Shown: in pieces, positions 46,662 through 55,700 of the stretch | Layout of the letters: every line of letters begins with the position of its first letter | How positions within the stretch are numbered: position 1 is the first letter of the stretch | Source of the DNA: a virus | Length of the DNA: 64,000 nucleotides | Direction: 5' to 3' (one strand) | IMG/VR virus record: IMGVR_UViG_3300045988_076381 | Notes under the pieces: model-generated | What the model saw: only the letters and a program-made list of their open reading frames with translations | Database searches by the model: none | What the model was told of the DNA's origin: nothing | Translations under genes and position numbers: made by a program

Positions 46662-46940
46662 TTATTGTCTTTTCTTTACTACTAATTTAGTACCTTTTCT
46701 CGCTAAAACAGGTTCAGTAGGAGCTTCTGCTTGAGCAGCTTGTCCCTGAGTCATTTCGACTAACGCTGAACATACCGCCAATGCAGCTTGACAATCCTGA
46801 TTTTGAGTTGCCTGAGCAGCTAATTGAAGAATTTGCTGAAAGATTTGTTCTGGACTAGGTTGAGCCTGAGTAGCAGGTTCCGCGGGCATAGTTCCGCCCT
46901 CTTGTAAGATTTTTACTTTAAATTTTTCGTTTACTTTCAT
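46662..46940 (-). CDS. small Ala/Gln/Pro-rich protein (92 aa), N-terminal ILQEGG motif
   Basis: ORF with visibly higher GC than its surroundings, flanked by a promoter-like box and a terminator. Confidence 0.65.
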   Translation of the reverse strand: MKVNEKFKVKILQEGGTMPAEPATQAQPSPEQIFQQILQLAAQATQNQDCQAALAVCSALVEMTQGQAAQAEAPTEPVLARKGTKLVVKKRQ

Positions 46941-46968
46941 TTCTTTAATATTTAACGTTAAACTTGTA

Positions 46969-46976
46969 CAAAGTTA
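46969..46976 (-). promoter_or_regulatory. possible Bacteroidota -7 box (TAACTTTG)
   Basis: A TAnnTTTG match about 28 nt upstream of the ATG at 46940. No good TTTG -33 partner (only TTTC). Confidence 0.3.
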
Positions 46977-47027
46977 AGATTTTGTATGTGAAATTCCTAT
47001 TATTTGGTAGTGGATAATAATTCTGAA

Positions 47028-47084
47028 TTATTTACCACCTTTTGAGCCTTTACCTTTAGATTTGCTTTTAGATTTACAAGCCAT
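47028..47084 (-). CDS. micro-ORF MACKSKSKSKGKGSKGGK (18 aa), speculative
   Basis: ATGGCTTGTAAA start is identical to the starts of the 2130-aa ORF and nearly identical to the 1490-aa ORF. Extremely Lys/Ser/Gly-rich. Located in the gap between the HTH gene and the 92-aa gene. Confidence 0.25.
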   Translation of the reverse strand: MACKSKSKSKGKGSKGGK

Positions 47085-47159
47085 AGTGTTTAAGATTTAA
47101 ATTTGTTAGACATACAGTTAGTTATCTAATATATTAGATATTTATTCTTAATGTATTTA

Positions 47160-47918
47160 TTAAATTGCTTTTAATTTACAACCGGACTTAAGTTCTTCTT
47201 GATTCTGAGCATTTGATTGTTTCTGTAATAATTTAACTTCATGATTGAGTCTCTTAATTTCTTCTTGCATCTCATGTAACATTTCATCATGCTCTTCAAT
47301 CTTCTTTCTATTAAATAATACTGCTTGGCCAATTGTTTCTAAATCAAATGTGTATAAATACTTATTATCCATAGATTCCGAATCCTTTGCGTTAGTTTTA
47401 GTTTTTGACATACCCCAATCGTTTACAAATGTTTTATATAATTCTTTCCAAGTGTCGTAAGAGACATTTAATTGTTTACAGATATTTATATCAGTATCAC
47501 ATAGCTTTCCAAAATTCCCATCTTTATACATTCTCTCTTGAAGAACCATGTATGCAGATTTAGATTTAAAATCTAAATTCTTGTTATCTAAAAAATCATA
47601 TGAAAACATCTCAAAGTTTTTATAGAGAGGACTATCTATATTAAATTTATATAAATTGCTATTTTTAAATCCCCTACTTATTTTTGTTATATGTCCATCT
47701 TTTTCTAATAAATCTAGATATTTCTTTAATGTAGGTCTAGAAAGTCCAGATTTTTCTGATAACTTCTTATAGGAAGGAAAACATTCCTTAGTATCTTTAT
47801 TCATATAATATCTAAGGATTGCATAAACTCCAACTCCTAGATAATTTATTTTTGAATTTGTTATTCCATGAGGAATTTGAACATGTCTAATAGTTGATTT
47901 ATTATCATTTGTTTCCAT
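47160..47918 (-). CDS. winged-helix/HTH DNA-binding protein (regulator or initiator-like)
   Basis: FPSYKKLSEKSGLSRPTLKKYLDLLEKDGHITK is a typical HTH (HTH_36/DnaD-N-like) segment. The C-terminus is coiled coil (EIKRLNHEVKLLQKQ). Confidence 0.7.
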   Translation of the reverse strand: METNDNKSTIRHVQIPHGITNSKINYLGVGVYAILRYYMNKDTKECFPSYKKLSEKSGLSRPTLKKYLDLLEKDGHITKISRGFKNSNLYKFNIDSPLYKNFEMFSYDFLDNKNLDFKSKSAYMVLQERMYKDGNFGKLCDTDINICKQLNVSYDTWKELYKTFVNDWGMSKTKTNAKDSESMDNKYLYTFDLETIGQAVLFNRKKIEEHDEMLHEMQEEIKRLNHEVKLLQKQSNAQNQEELKSGCKLKAI

Positions 47919-47956
47919 AAATTTAAATATTAAATTGTAAAGTTGATTTACATTTG

Positions 47957-47987
47957 CAAATATAATAAATAAACTTGGTTATTCAAA
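47957..47987 (-). promoter_or_regulatory. Bacteroidota-type promoter for the HTH gene
   Basis: On the - strand, TTTG (47987-47984), a 19-nt spacer, then TATATTTG (47964-47957, TAnnTTTG), 38 nt upstream of the ATG at 47918. Confidence 0.6.
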
Positions 47988-47994
47988 ATAAATT

Positions 47995-48038
47995 TATAAG
48001 GAATTTTTTACAATACTATAAGGAATTTTTGACAATTA
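47995..48038. repeat. two tandem 22-bp direct repeats (operator/iteron candidates)
   Basis: TATAAGGAATTTTTTACAATAC and TATAAGGAATTTTTGACAATTA, 19 of 22 identical, immediately upstream of the -33 box. Confidence 0.8.
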
Positions 48039-48151
48039 AAAAATCAATATTTTATTGAAAATATTTCTTATTAGCTTTATTTTAATTCTAAATTTCTAGG
48101 TAAATTATAATTTATGCTATATTTAACTAAATGTTATATCTTTAACAATCC

Positions 48152-48164
48152 GGAATTTTTTACA
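48152..48164. repeat. third copy of the repeat core GGAATTTTTTACA
   Basis: CCGGAATTTTTTACACTA shares the 13-nt core with the tandem repeats, about 115 bp away and in the same orientation. Confidence 0.6.
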
Positions 48165-48208
48165 CTATCTATATATACTGGGTCGCAAAGCTCCGAACTA
48201 GATTTAAT

Positions 48209-48243
48209 GTTTTTATTAAAACACTTCGTGTTTAAATAAAAAC
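48209..48243. terminator. long AT-rich hairpin downstream of the lysozyme gene
   Basis: Arms GTTTTTATTAAAACAC and GTGTTTAAATAAAAAC with loop TTC (15 of 16 bp). The T-rich tract is only on the + side, so function on the - strand is uncertain. Confidence 0.4.
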
Positions 48244-48312
48244 TTTGTTTGTTTTATCACTTATAACTTATTTAAATATCCGTATTTATAAGCTTTATAT
48301 ATATTTAAATAC

Positions 48313-48885
48313 CTAAGATTTATATTTGTTAGATATATAATTATTCACCTCATCTACTCTATTTAACCATCCCTTCAAAAATTTATTTTGAGACGGTTTT
48401 CTATCTACAATTTCTTGATAATATTCTTTTCTTTTAGAAATAAACTCTTGCAGCAAATTTTTCGAATTACATAAATTAGCTAATCTAATTGTAGTAGGTC
48501 CAATTTTCCCATCCACATCCAAAGAATGTCCTAAATTTAAAATAGCTTTTTGGAGGCATTTAACACCATTAGAGACACCAGCATTAACTGAATGATCTAA
48601 CAGATGGGCAGAGATATAAATGTTGCTTATATCGTCTATTTTACATTTGTTATAAAATTGATCTGCATAGAATTGTTCTACTAAATCTTCTAATTCCTTA
48701 ACTGTTGTTATTATTTGCCCCCTTTTTAAGGGTTTGAATTTATCAATGATCTTCCATCCTTCCCATTTAGGGAAATTAGCACGAGATATTCCGCAGTATG
48801 TCTCTTTCCCAGAGTCGTCAGGGTCAAATACATAACCCCCCTCGTTTCTTAAGATCATTGATATAAGAGTATGAGATTTATTCAT
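48313..48885 (-). CDS. GH108-family lysozyme with PG_binding_3-like C-terminal domain
   Basis: RNEGGYVFDPDDSGKETYCGI matches the GH108 EGGYxxDxxDxGGxTxxGI signature. The C-terminal part contains DGKIGPTTIRLAN. Confidence 0.8.
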   Translation of the reverse strand: MNKSHTLISMILRNEGGYVFDPDDSGKETYCGISRANFPKWEGWKIIDKFKPLKRGQIITTVKELEDLVEQFYADQFYNKCKIDDISNIYISAHLLDHSVNAGVSNGVKCLQKAILNLGHSLDVDGKIGPTTIRLANLCNSKNLLQEFISKRKEYYQEIVDRKPSQNKFLKGWLNRVDEVNNYISNKYKS

Positions 48886-48898
48886 TTAAATATTTAAA

Positions 48899-49930
48899 TT
48901 ATTTATATTTTTCTATTAATGCCTTTAATTCTGGATTATTTTCAATTAATCTAAGCCCTTTTCGTATAGTTTCTGAATATTTAGTAGGATCAGATCCGTT
49001 ATCATATATACTATATGAAGCACTATTATACATTTTTGGATTTTCCTGGAAATACTCTAGAGCACTTTCAATAGGATCAAATTTCTCAACAGATTCTTTA
49101 GCTTTATTTAAACTATTAATAATGGCATCCGGAATTTTATTATCTCTAAACCTTTTCTTTAAATAATTAACAAAATATTCTTCCCCTTCTGGAGTTAGAT
49201 GGTATTGTTCTCCGCCAAATAGAGCTCTATCTTTTGTTATATAATCAATTCTTTTTTCTCCAGGTTTTGGTTCTGGCATAAATTTGGTTAATATTTTTAT
49301 ATAATCAAGCTTTCCTTTTCTATCTGGATGATCCAATCCAACAAGTTGATTTGGAGTATATGTAGCATTTTCTTTATATATTGCAATATTATAATTCATA
49401 GCATCAGTAACATCCTTTTTTGTAGCATCTTTTCTTCCTAAATATCCATGTCTAGAAGGATTAACTCCTAAAGTAGATTCATTGTAGGATAATGCTATTG
49501 CTTTCTCAGGTGTCATTCCTTTAACTTTTTTAGAGGCCTTGATTATATCTATTAAAGGTTGTTTATATATAGGAGGAAGATTAACATCATTTCCATTTTC
49601 ATCCTTAGTTATTCTAATAACATCTGATTTATCTTTAATTTCCCTAATTCTGACATTTTTAGTATAGAGAGCATGTTGGAGATCTCTGAATAGAGTATCT
49701 AATGTATCAAAAGCAGTTCTCTTAGGGTCTCTTGGATAATTATGTCTGATTGCTATTGCCTTATCTTCTTGTTCGGGTGTAAGTTGTCTATTATCAAAAG
49801 CTTCTTCCCAATCTTCATTTATATAACTAGTATTATCTCTAAGTTCTTTAGTTGTCATAGGTCTGGTAGATCTATTAATAACTAAATCTCTATATAATTT
49901 ATGTAATTGTTCTTTAGTATAATCACCCAT
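48899..49930 (-). CDS. virion-module protein (343 aa), weak transglycosylase-like motif
   Basis: AIALSYNESTLGVNP is faintly reminiscent of the SLT E-S motif. No further support. Confidence 0.55.
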   Translation of the reverse strand: MGDYTKEQLHKLYRDLVINRSTRPMTTKELRDNTSYINEDWEEAFDNRQLTPEQEDKAIAIRHNYPRDPKRTAFDTLDTLFRDLQHALYTKNVRIREIKDKSDVIRITKDENGNDVNLPPIYKQPLIDIIKASKKVKGMTPEKAIALSYNESTLGVNPSRHGYLGRKDATKKDVTDAMNYNIAIYKENATYTPNQLVGLDHPDRKGKLDYIKILTKFMPEPKPGEKRIDYITKDRALFGGEQYHLTPEGEEYFVNYLKKRFRDNKIPDAIINSLNKAKESVEKFDPIESALEYFQENPKMYNSASYSIYDNGSDPTKYSETIRKGLRLIENNPELKALIEKYK

Positions 49931-50603
49931 GTTTTTCAGTATTTACATATTCCGGATCATTATTATCTTGAATTTTCATGTATTTAAATACAGACTTACC
50001 TAATCTCTTATATACAGAATCGGTTTTTAATTTCTCTGCTTTTTTAGCTTGGCGAATTAAGACTCTAGTATTCTTCCTAGAAAATATTCTCTCTCCACCT
50101 TTTATTTTATATTGTACTTTACCGTTAGTAGAAAGTATCTCTAGTAAATCCTCTAAATCATCAATATCATTTTCTATTTTATCTTTAGGAGATTCATCCT
50201 CCAAATCTTCTAAATAATCTAATCTTTCTTCAAGTACTTCATCTAATCCCTCAAACTCTACACTTTCTCCAGATCGAATTCCGGAATTATTAGATACCTC
50301 TAATACGAATAACACATTCTTTTCAGATATAATACTTGTATCATTAGGCTTCCCTTCTTTATTAGATATTACTTTAAATTCTGGAGAGATGAAGACTATA
50401 TCTAAATATAAAGGTGTATCTTTCATCCAATAATTTACTTCTTCTTGTACTTCTGGATATATAAATAGAAGTCCTTGATTTTCTGATAGACTTTCTATAT
50501 GCATAAATCCATGTTCTCTTTCCCAGTCATCTATAGCAGTATCACAGAGATATTCTTTATTATGTACTTTAACTTTTACAATTGATTTCTTTAATTCTGA
50601 CAT
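49923..50603 (-). CDS. DUF192-domain protein with acidic C-terminal extension
   Basis: REHGFMHIESLSENQGLLFIYP...NYWMKDTPLYLDIVFIS...VLFVLEVSNNSG follows the DUF192 pattern (GLM...mlF...fWMknt..pLDi.Fi...yvLE). It is followed by LEDLEDESPKDKIENDIDDLEDLLE. Confidence 0.7.
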   Translation of the reverse strand: MSELKKSIVKVKVHNKEYLCDTAIDDWEREHGFMHIESLSENQGLLFIYPEVQEEVNYWMKDTPLYLDIVFISPEFKVISNKEGKPNDTSIISEKNVLFVLEVSNNSGIRSGESVEFEGLDEVLEERLDYLEDLEDESPKDKIENDIDDLEDLLEILSTNGKVQYKIKGGERIFSRKNTRVLIRQAKKAEKLKTDSVYKRLGKSVFKYMKIQDNNDPEYVNTEKHG

Positions 50604-50612
50604 AATTATATA

Positions 50613-51425
50613 TTATTTAAAATAAGGATCTTCATCATCAATATAATAATTCTTCATATTATCTCTTAATAAATAAGATCCTACTTTAGGATTAAATTTA
50701 ATATCTTCCCTAATTTCTAAAGATTTCTCTCTTTTAGGAATAGTATATTTCCCTGTAACTATAGAAGGAAAGTCATATGTATCATTTACTTTAATAGTAT
50801 TATTCTCCTTATCCCATTGGATAGTAAAATTCCCAAAAAGATCTAATCCGGTTGCCCAACGTTGATTCTTATTCGGACGTTCTATATATTTAACAGTTAA
50901 TCCCTCATTAACTACTTTCGGCTCTCCAGATTCTAGTACCTCTTTTCCGGTTTTATATATCTTTTCCAATCTAGATTTACTAGGTAATTCTGGATATTTT
51001 TCTATGTATTTATCATAATTACGTAGAATTTTACCTACATTTAAGGTGTCTACCATAGATTGTACTCTACGGGCTACTGGTTGCGGGATTCCTACATATT
51101 CAGCATTTTTAGGATCTTTATCTTTGTCAGCATTTATCCTAGCTTTAGAAGATTTTATTAATCTCGAATCCTTTCCTAAATTTAAATAATGCTTAAAGAA
51201 AGCTTCTTCAATAGGAGTGGCCAATTCTTTTTCATCCCGTACTGGAACTGGAGTGTTAGTATAATTTAAATATGGAAGGCGTATATAATAAGGAGCACTC
51301 CAATAACCATCAGCAGGATTAAGGAAGTTGTATACTCTTTCTGCTTGAGTTTGCTTTACATTGCTTTTTCCTCCACTTTGATACTTTTGTATTAAATAAG
51401 AATTTACTTTATTTAAATTTAACAT
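50613..51425 (-). CDS. virion-module protein (270 aa), N-terminal KYQSGG motif
   Basis: ORF in the - operon. No family recognised. Confidence 0.6.
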   Translation of the reverse strand: MLNLNKVNSYLIQKYQSGGKSNVKQTQAERVYNFLNPADGYWSAPYYIRLPYLNYTNTPVPVRDEKELATPIEEAFFKHYLNLGKDSRLIKSSKARINADKDKDPKNAEYVGIPQPVARRVQSMVDTLNVGKILRNYDKYIEKYPELPSKSRLEKIYKTGKEVLESGEPKVVNEGLTVKYIERPNKNQRWATGLDLFGNFTIQWDKENNTIKVNDTYDFPSIVTGKYTIPKREKSLEIREDIKFNPKVGSYLLRDNMKNYYIDDEDPYFK

Positions 51426-51444
51426 AGTATTATATATAAAAGGT

Positions 51445-51484
51445 TATATTTAAATAGAATATATTTCAATTCTATTTAAATATA
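51445..51484 (-). terminator. intergenic hairpin (attenuator/terminator-like)
   Basis: 16-bp stem including the perfect ATTTAAATAGAAT / ATTCTATTTAAAT arms. On the - strand it is followed by CCUUUU. Confidence 0.45.
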
Positions 51485-51490
51485 CCTATA

Positions 51491-52705
51491 TTATTCAATT
51501 TCTTTAATTACTTTACCTTTATCAATAGTATTATGTAATATCTCCTTAACTAATAACTTCCCAGCTTCAATAGCGGCCTCATCACTATCTTCTTTATATA
51601 ATTCCTCCAATTTTTCAGTAACTTCTAATCTAAGAATTAATTCTTCCCGTTCTATTTCAGCTACCTGAGATATCTTATCTCCTTCTTTTAATATAACAGG
51701 AATCCCTTTCCTAGATATATCTTCTGTATCTAGATGATGAAGTTCTTTATGTAATTTACCCTCTGGAATTATATTCTTCTCTCCTATTTTTCCACCATCT
51801 TTATATTTAAGAATATTTTTCTGGGATTCAGTGTATTTAATTCTAAAGGATTCTAAGAATTTAAATCCATCCTTTCCAAATCTAATATTATTTAATCCTC
51901 CAGATTGTTCTAATTGCAATCTATTAGTAAACATATCAGAAGAACTTATTGATCTTGCGGATCTATCTGATGCATCTGTTAAGATATCATCTATAGTATT
52001 TTGATATCCTTGAGCTTTATCCATTTTTTTATTAGCTTTTTTCCTGGCTTTATTAGAAAATAATCCATATTTTTTTCCAGATAGACCTCCAGCATCTGTA
52101 ATGAATTTACCAGTTCCTGTATAAGAAGAGTTATTAGCAATATTTTGATCTACAGTAAATTTTCTAGATTTTTTTCCAAATGCGTTATTTATTAATCCTA
52201 CAGCACCAAGATTAAAAAAGCTACTTCCTAAAATAGCATCAGCTGTAGTCATTTTATCTGTTCCAATTCCTAATTTTTCTAATCCATTTCCTACTAATTT
52301 ACCTGCCTTCATTGCTATTCCTACACCTGGAATTGCAGTTCCTACAGTATTACTAATAACATCATATCCAGCATCAAGTCCTTTAGTTATATTTCCCTTC
52401 TTACCGGAATAATCCTTTCCAATTAAATTGGCTCCTATATCTAAAACAGATCCTATATTAGCAGAAGTACCTAACCCACTTAAAGCACTTGTAGTTAAGG
52501 TAGGAATAACCAATTTACTTAGAGCACTTATAGTTGAAGTAGGAGCAAAATTAGCTTTAATACTATCCCATAATCCAGGTCCTGTTTTAGATAAAGAAGC
52601 ATTTTGCAATGCCATTTTATTTAATGTAAGAGGGCTGCTAGCACTAACAGATCCTATCAAAGGTCCTGTTGATGTAACTATTCCCCCATCATAAAACTTT
52701 TTCAT
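51491..52705 (-). CDS. Gly/Ser/Ala-rich internal or tail-associated protein (404 aa), N-terminal KFYDGG motif
   Basis: The N-terminal half is rich in small residues (GPLIGSVSASS...GTAIPGVGIAMKAGKLVGNG), like tape-measure or ejection proteins. Confidence 0.6.
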   Translation of the reverse strand: MKKFYDGGIVTSTGPLIGSVSASSPLTLNKMALQNASLSKTGPGLWDSIKANFAPTSTISALSKLVIPTLTTSALSGLGTSANIGSVLDIGANLIGKDYSGKKGNITKGLDAGYDVISNTVGTAIPGVGIAMKAGKLVGNGLEKLGIGTDKMTTADAILGSSFFNLGAVGLINNAFGKKSRKFTVDQNIANNSSYTGTGKFITDAGGLSGKKYGLFSNKARKKANKKMDKAQGYQNTIDDILTDASDRSARSISSSDMFTNRLQLEQSGGLNNIRFGKDGFKFLESFRIKYTESQKNILKYKDGGKIGEKNIIPEGKLHKELHHLDTEDISRKGIPVILKEGDKISQVAEIEREELILRLEVTEKLEELYKEDSDEAAIEAGKLLVKEILHNTIDKGKVIKEIE

Positions 52706-52715
52706 TTTAGTTTAT

Positions 52716-55700
52716 TTAACAAAAGCTTATTTCAAACATTGTTTGTAATGCGGTAATAATAACTCTCTTATCTCCTTTATATTTAACTCTAATCTTTATA
52801 TATTTATCTCTGGGCCTAGTTTCTTCTATTTTTAATTTAATATTTCCCTTATTTCCTTTTTGATATTTAAAAGGTTCTAGAGTAATATTAACAAAGTCTT
52901 CCTGATATCTGGTATTACCTTTAATAATACCACAAGTAGACATATCCTTAATAGGTTGAATTCTTCTTAAACTATACTCAGATAATCTATCATCATAGAA
53001 TACAATAGCAGATTTTCCAGTAGATTTATTATTACAGTCTTTATTATCGATAAATTTTATATAATCATCTGTCTCAGATTCTTCAATTTCTCCCTTCTGT
53101 ACTAAATAAGTATTTTCTTTTAAATCTGGGATGTTAGAGAAATCATACGCATCTCCGATTACTTCAAATGAGACTAATTCTGGGAGGACGTTATTAGATA
53201 TAATAAAGAGATTTGTAAAGACTTTATGATATCCAACATTCTTATTTACAACAAACTCAAATTCAAATGGGTCATAAGAAAGAGGTACTCCTTTTGAATC
53301 TCGTTCTTTATACCATGAGGTTGGATAGATTTTTTCTTTATTATCAAATATTCCAGCTACTCCATGTCTCCAGAAATATGTAGGATTTTTCCAAGTCTCG
53401 GAAGATGTTCTTATATAAACTACTCCAGTATATGTACTACTAGCATCTACTTCTAATTCTTCCATATTTGATGTTATAGATTCGTTTCTCCCTCGCACTA
53501 ATTCTGCTCGAATATTTAGAGTTACATACTTATTCCCTTCTAGGTATTTATTTCTAATAGTACTATTAGATGATCTTAATATCAACCATGTCTGTCTATT
53601 CGAAACTTTATTACCTATCTTATCTTCATGAGTATATAAATAAAAATCTTCGTTATCTGGATAAATGTCATTATTTATAAATTCATATTTAGAGTATTTA
53701 ATTCTAAATTTATCTGGATCTACATCTAATTTAATATCTAATAACCCTACTGCAACATCTTTTCCAATTGTAATAGGAGAGGTAAGATCCGGGATCTCTA
53801 TTCCTTTATATACAACTAAAGGATTATTAATCGGATTTAATATACTTTCCCAACTTACTTTATTCGAATAAGTAGTGGGATCTCTTAATATAATTCCTTT
53901 AGCTGCAACAGAACCTTCCCATGTAACTGAGACTTTAGATATATTCTTAGAATCTTCTTTATTATTAGTAAAGAATACATTAGATATATTTTCAGACATT
54001 AATGGAATCCATGAATATCTGGTTGTCCACAATTGTAATTTTTCATTATAACACAAATTCCATTCTCTAGAAGTTATAAATTCTCCTACTGGATTTATAT
54101 CCTGAATATCATCATAGAAAGTAAATAATACATCAAATTTAAATTTATTAAAATGTGTTTTTACATTCCGCAATCCTAAGGTAGTGCTTCTCTCTCTTTC
54201 AGTAAATGAAATATTATCATTTAAATATTTCTGAATTTTAAAATCAGATATAATCTCAAATGATTTTCCATTTGTTCTCCAAATCTTTTTAGCAAAAGTA
54301 TCGACACCATATACATAATTATCTGTTTTTAATACAGAGTCCTTCCACTGAGATCCATATAATTTAGATAATAAAATAGGACGTTCTGGGAGAACATTAT
54401 TGGAATTTAAATATACTGGATTATTTAATTCTCCAGCTGTTTGGATTCTTTCATTTATTGGTATAAGTCCAACTCCCTTTTCGAATACTACTACTAAATC
54501 TCCATACCATTCGATAATAGATGTAATAGTTCCATATTCTTTATTATAATCTCTATAATTACTTAATTGAAATACTCTATAATTATTTTTAAATGCGTCA
54601 GATATGAATATATCAGAATACATTATTCTATTAGAAAAATCATTTTTTATATATGGAACATCCGGAAGAATAAAATAATTCTTATCTGATGTAGAACTAT
54701 TATATCCAGAATTATATACTGTACTTTCAGGAATTTTATACTCTCCAGATGCATTAAATCTAGATATAGGATAAAATGTTCTAGGATGTCCATTTAAAGC
54801 CGCTTCTGAGGTATTAGATCCATCTTCACATCGTAATGCTAAATTTATATTAGATAAACATTTTAATGTAACCCAATGTCCAATTTGAACTGCATTAACA
54901 TCTCCTCTATTTATCAGTTCCGCTTTTTCCAAATCTAAAGCTCCATCTTCTGAACCAGTATAATTATCTCTCCATGTATAAGGATCTACAATAGTATCGT
55001 TAGTAGGACTTTCCGGATCTTGGAAGTTTCTACACATTCTATGAGTAAAAATATTTATATAACAATCTCCTCTATAACAAACTAATTCTTCGCCTTCTAA
55101 TGAATCCCACTCATATCTATCACATATAGAATAATATGGAGACATATCACTAAATCTAGCTTTAAAATAATCGACTAACATGCCTTCATTATATCCCGGA
55201 ATCATTATATCTACTAATTTACAGTATGATTGTAGTCCTTCAATTCCTACATAAGAACCCCAAGATCCCCGTAATAGGTTTTTTGCTTTAGCTTTATTAT
55301 CTTCTTTACCTAGATATTTAAATTTATATGCAACTTCGGCTTCACCAGCTCTAGAAGAAAAATCTTGCGTTCCAGATGTTTTTAATTGAATGTTATCATC
55401 AATATAAGTTAAACTTATATTTTGATACCAAGATCTACTACTATTACCTTCTTTATTTCTAGAGAAATTCGGAAATGTATAATGTCTATCATCTCCTCTT
55501 TGGGTAATATAATTTTCTGTAGTATCGTACGTTAAATACGAATCTCTGAGAACGAATTTAGATCCATTAAATATCTGAGAGTATAATTCATTATTTAATT
55601 CCGCTTCCGGAACAATAGCAGCATTTGGTAGGGTATCATTAGAATATAATAATCTATTATTAATATCATTTTCTAAAATACTATCCCCATTACTATTAGC

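Noticed and set aside
48179-48200. GC-richer patch GGGTCGCAAAGCTCCGAAC as a possible tRNA or tRNA fragment.
   Set aside because: No acceptor stem, anticodon arm or T-loop (GTTCRANYC) can be formed with the flanking sequence.
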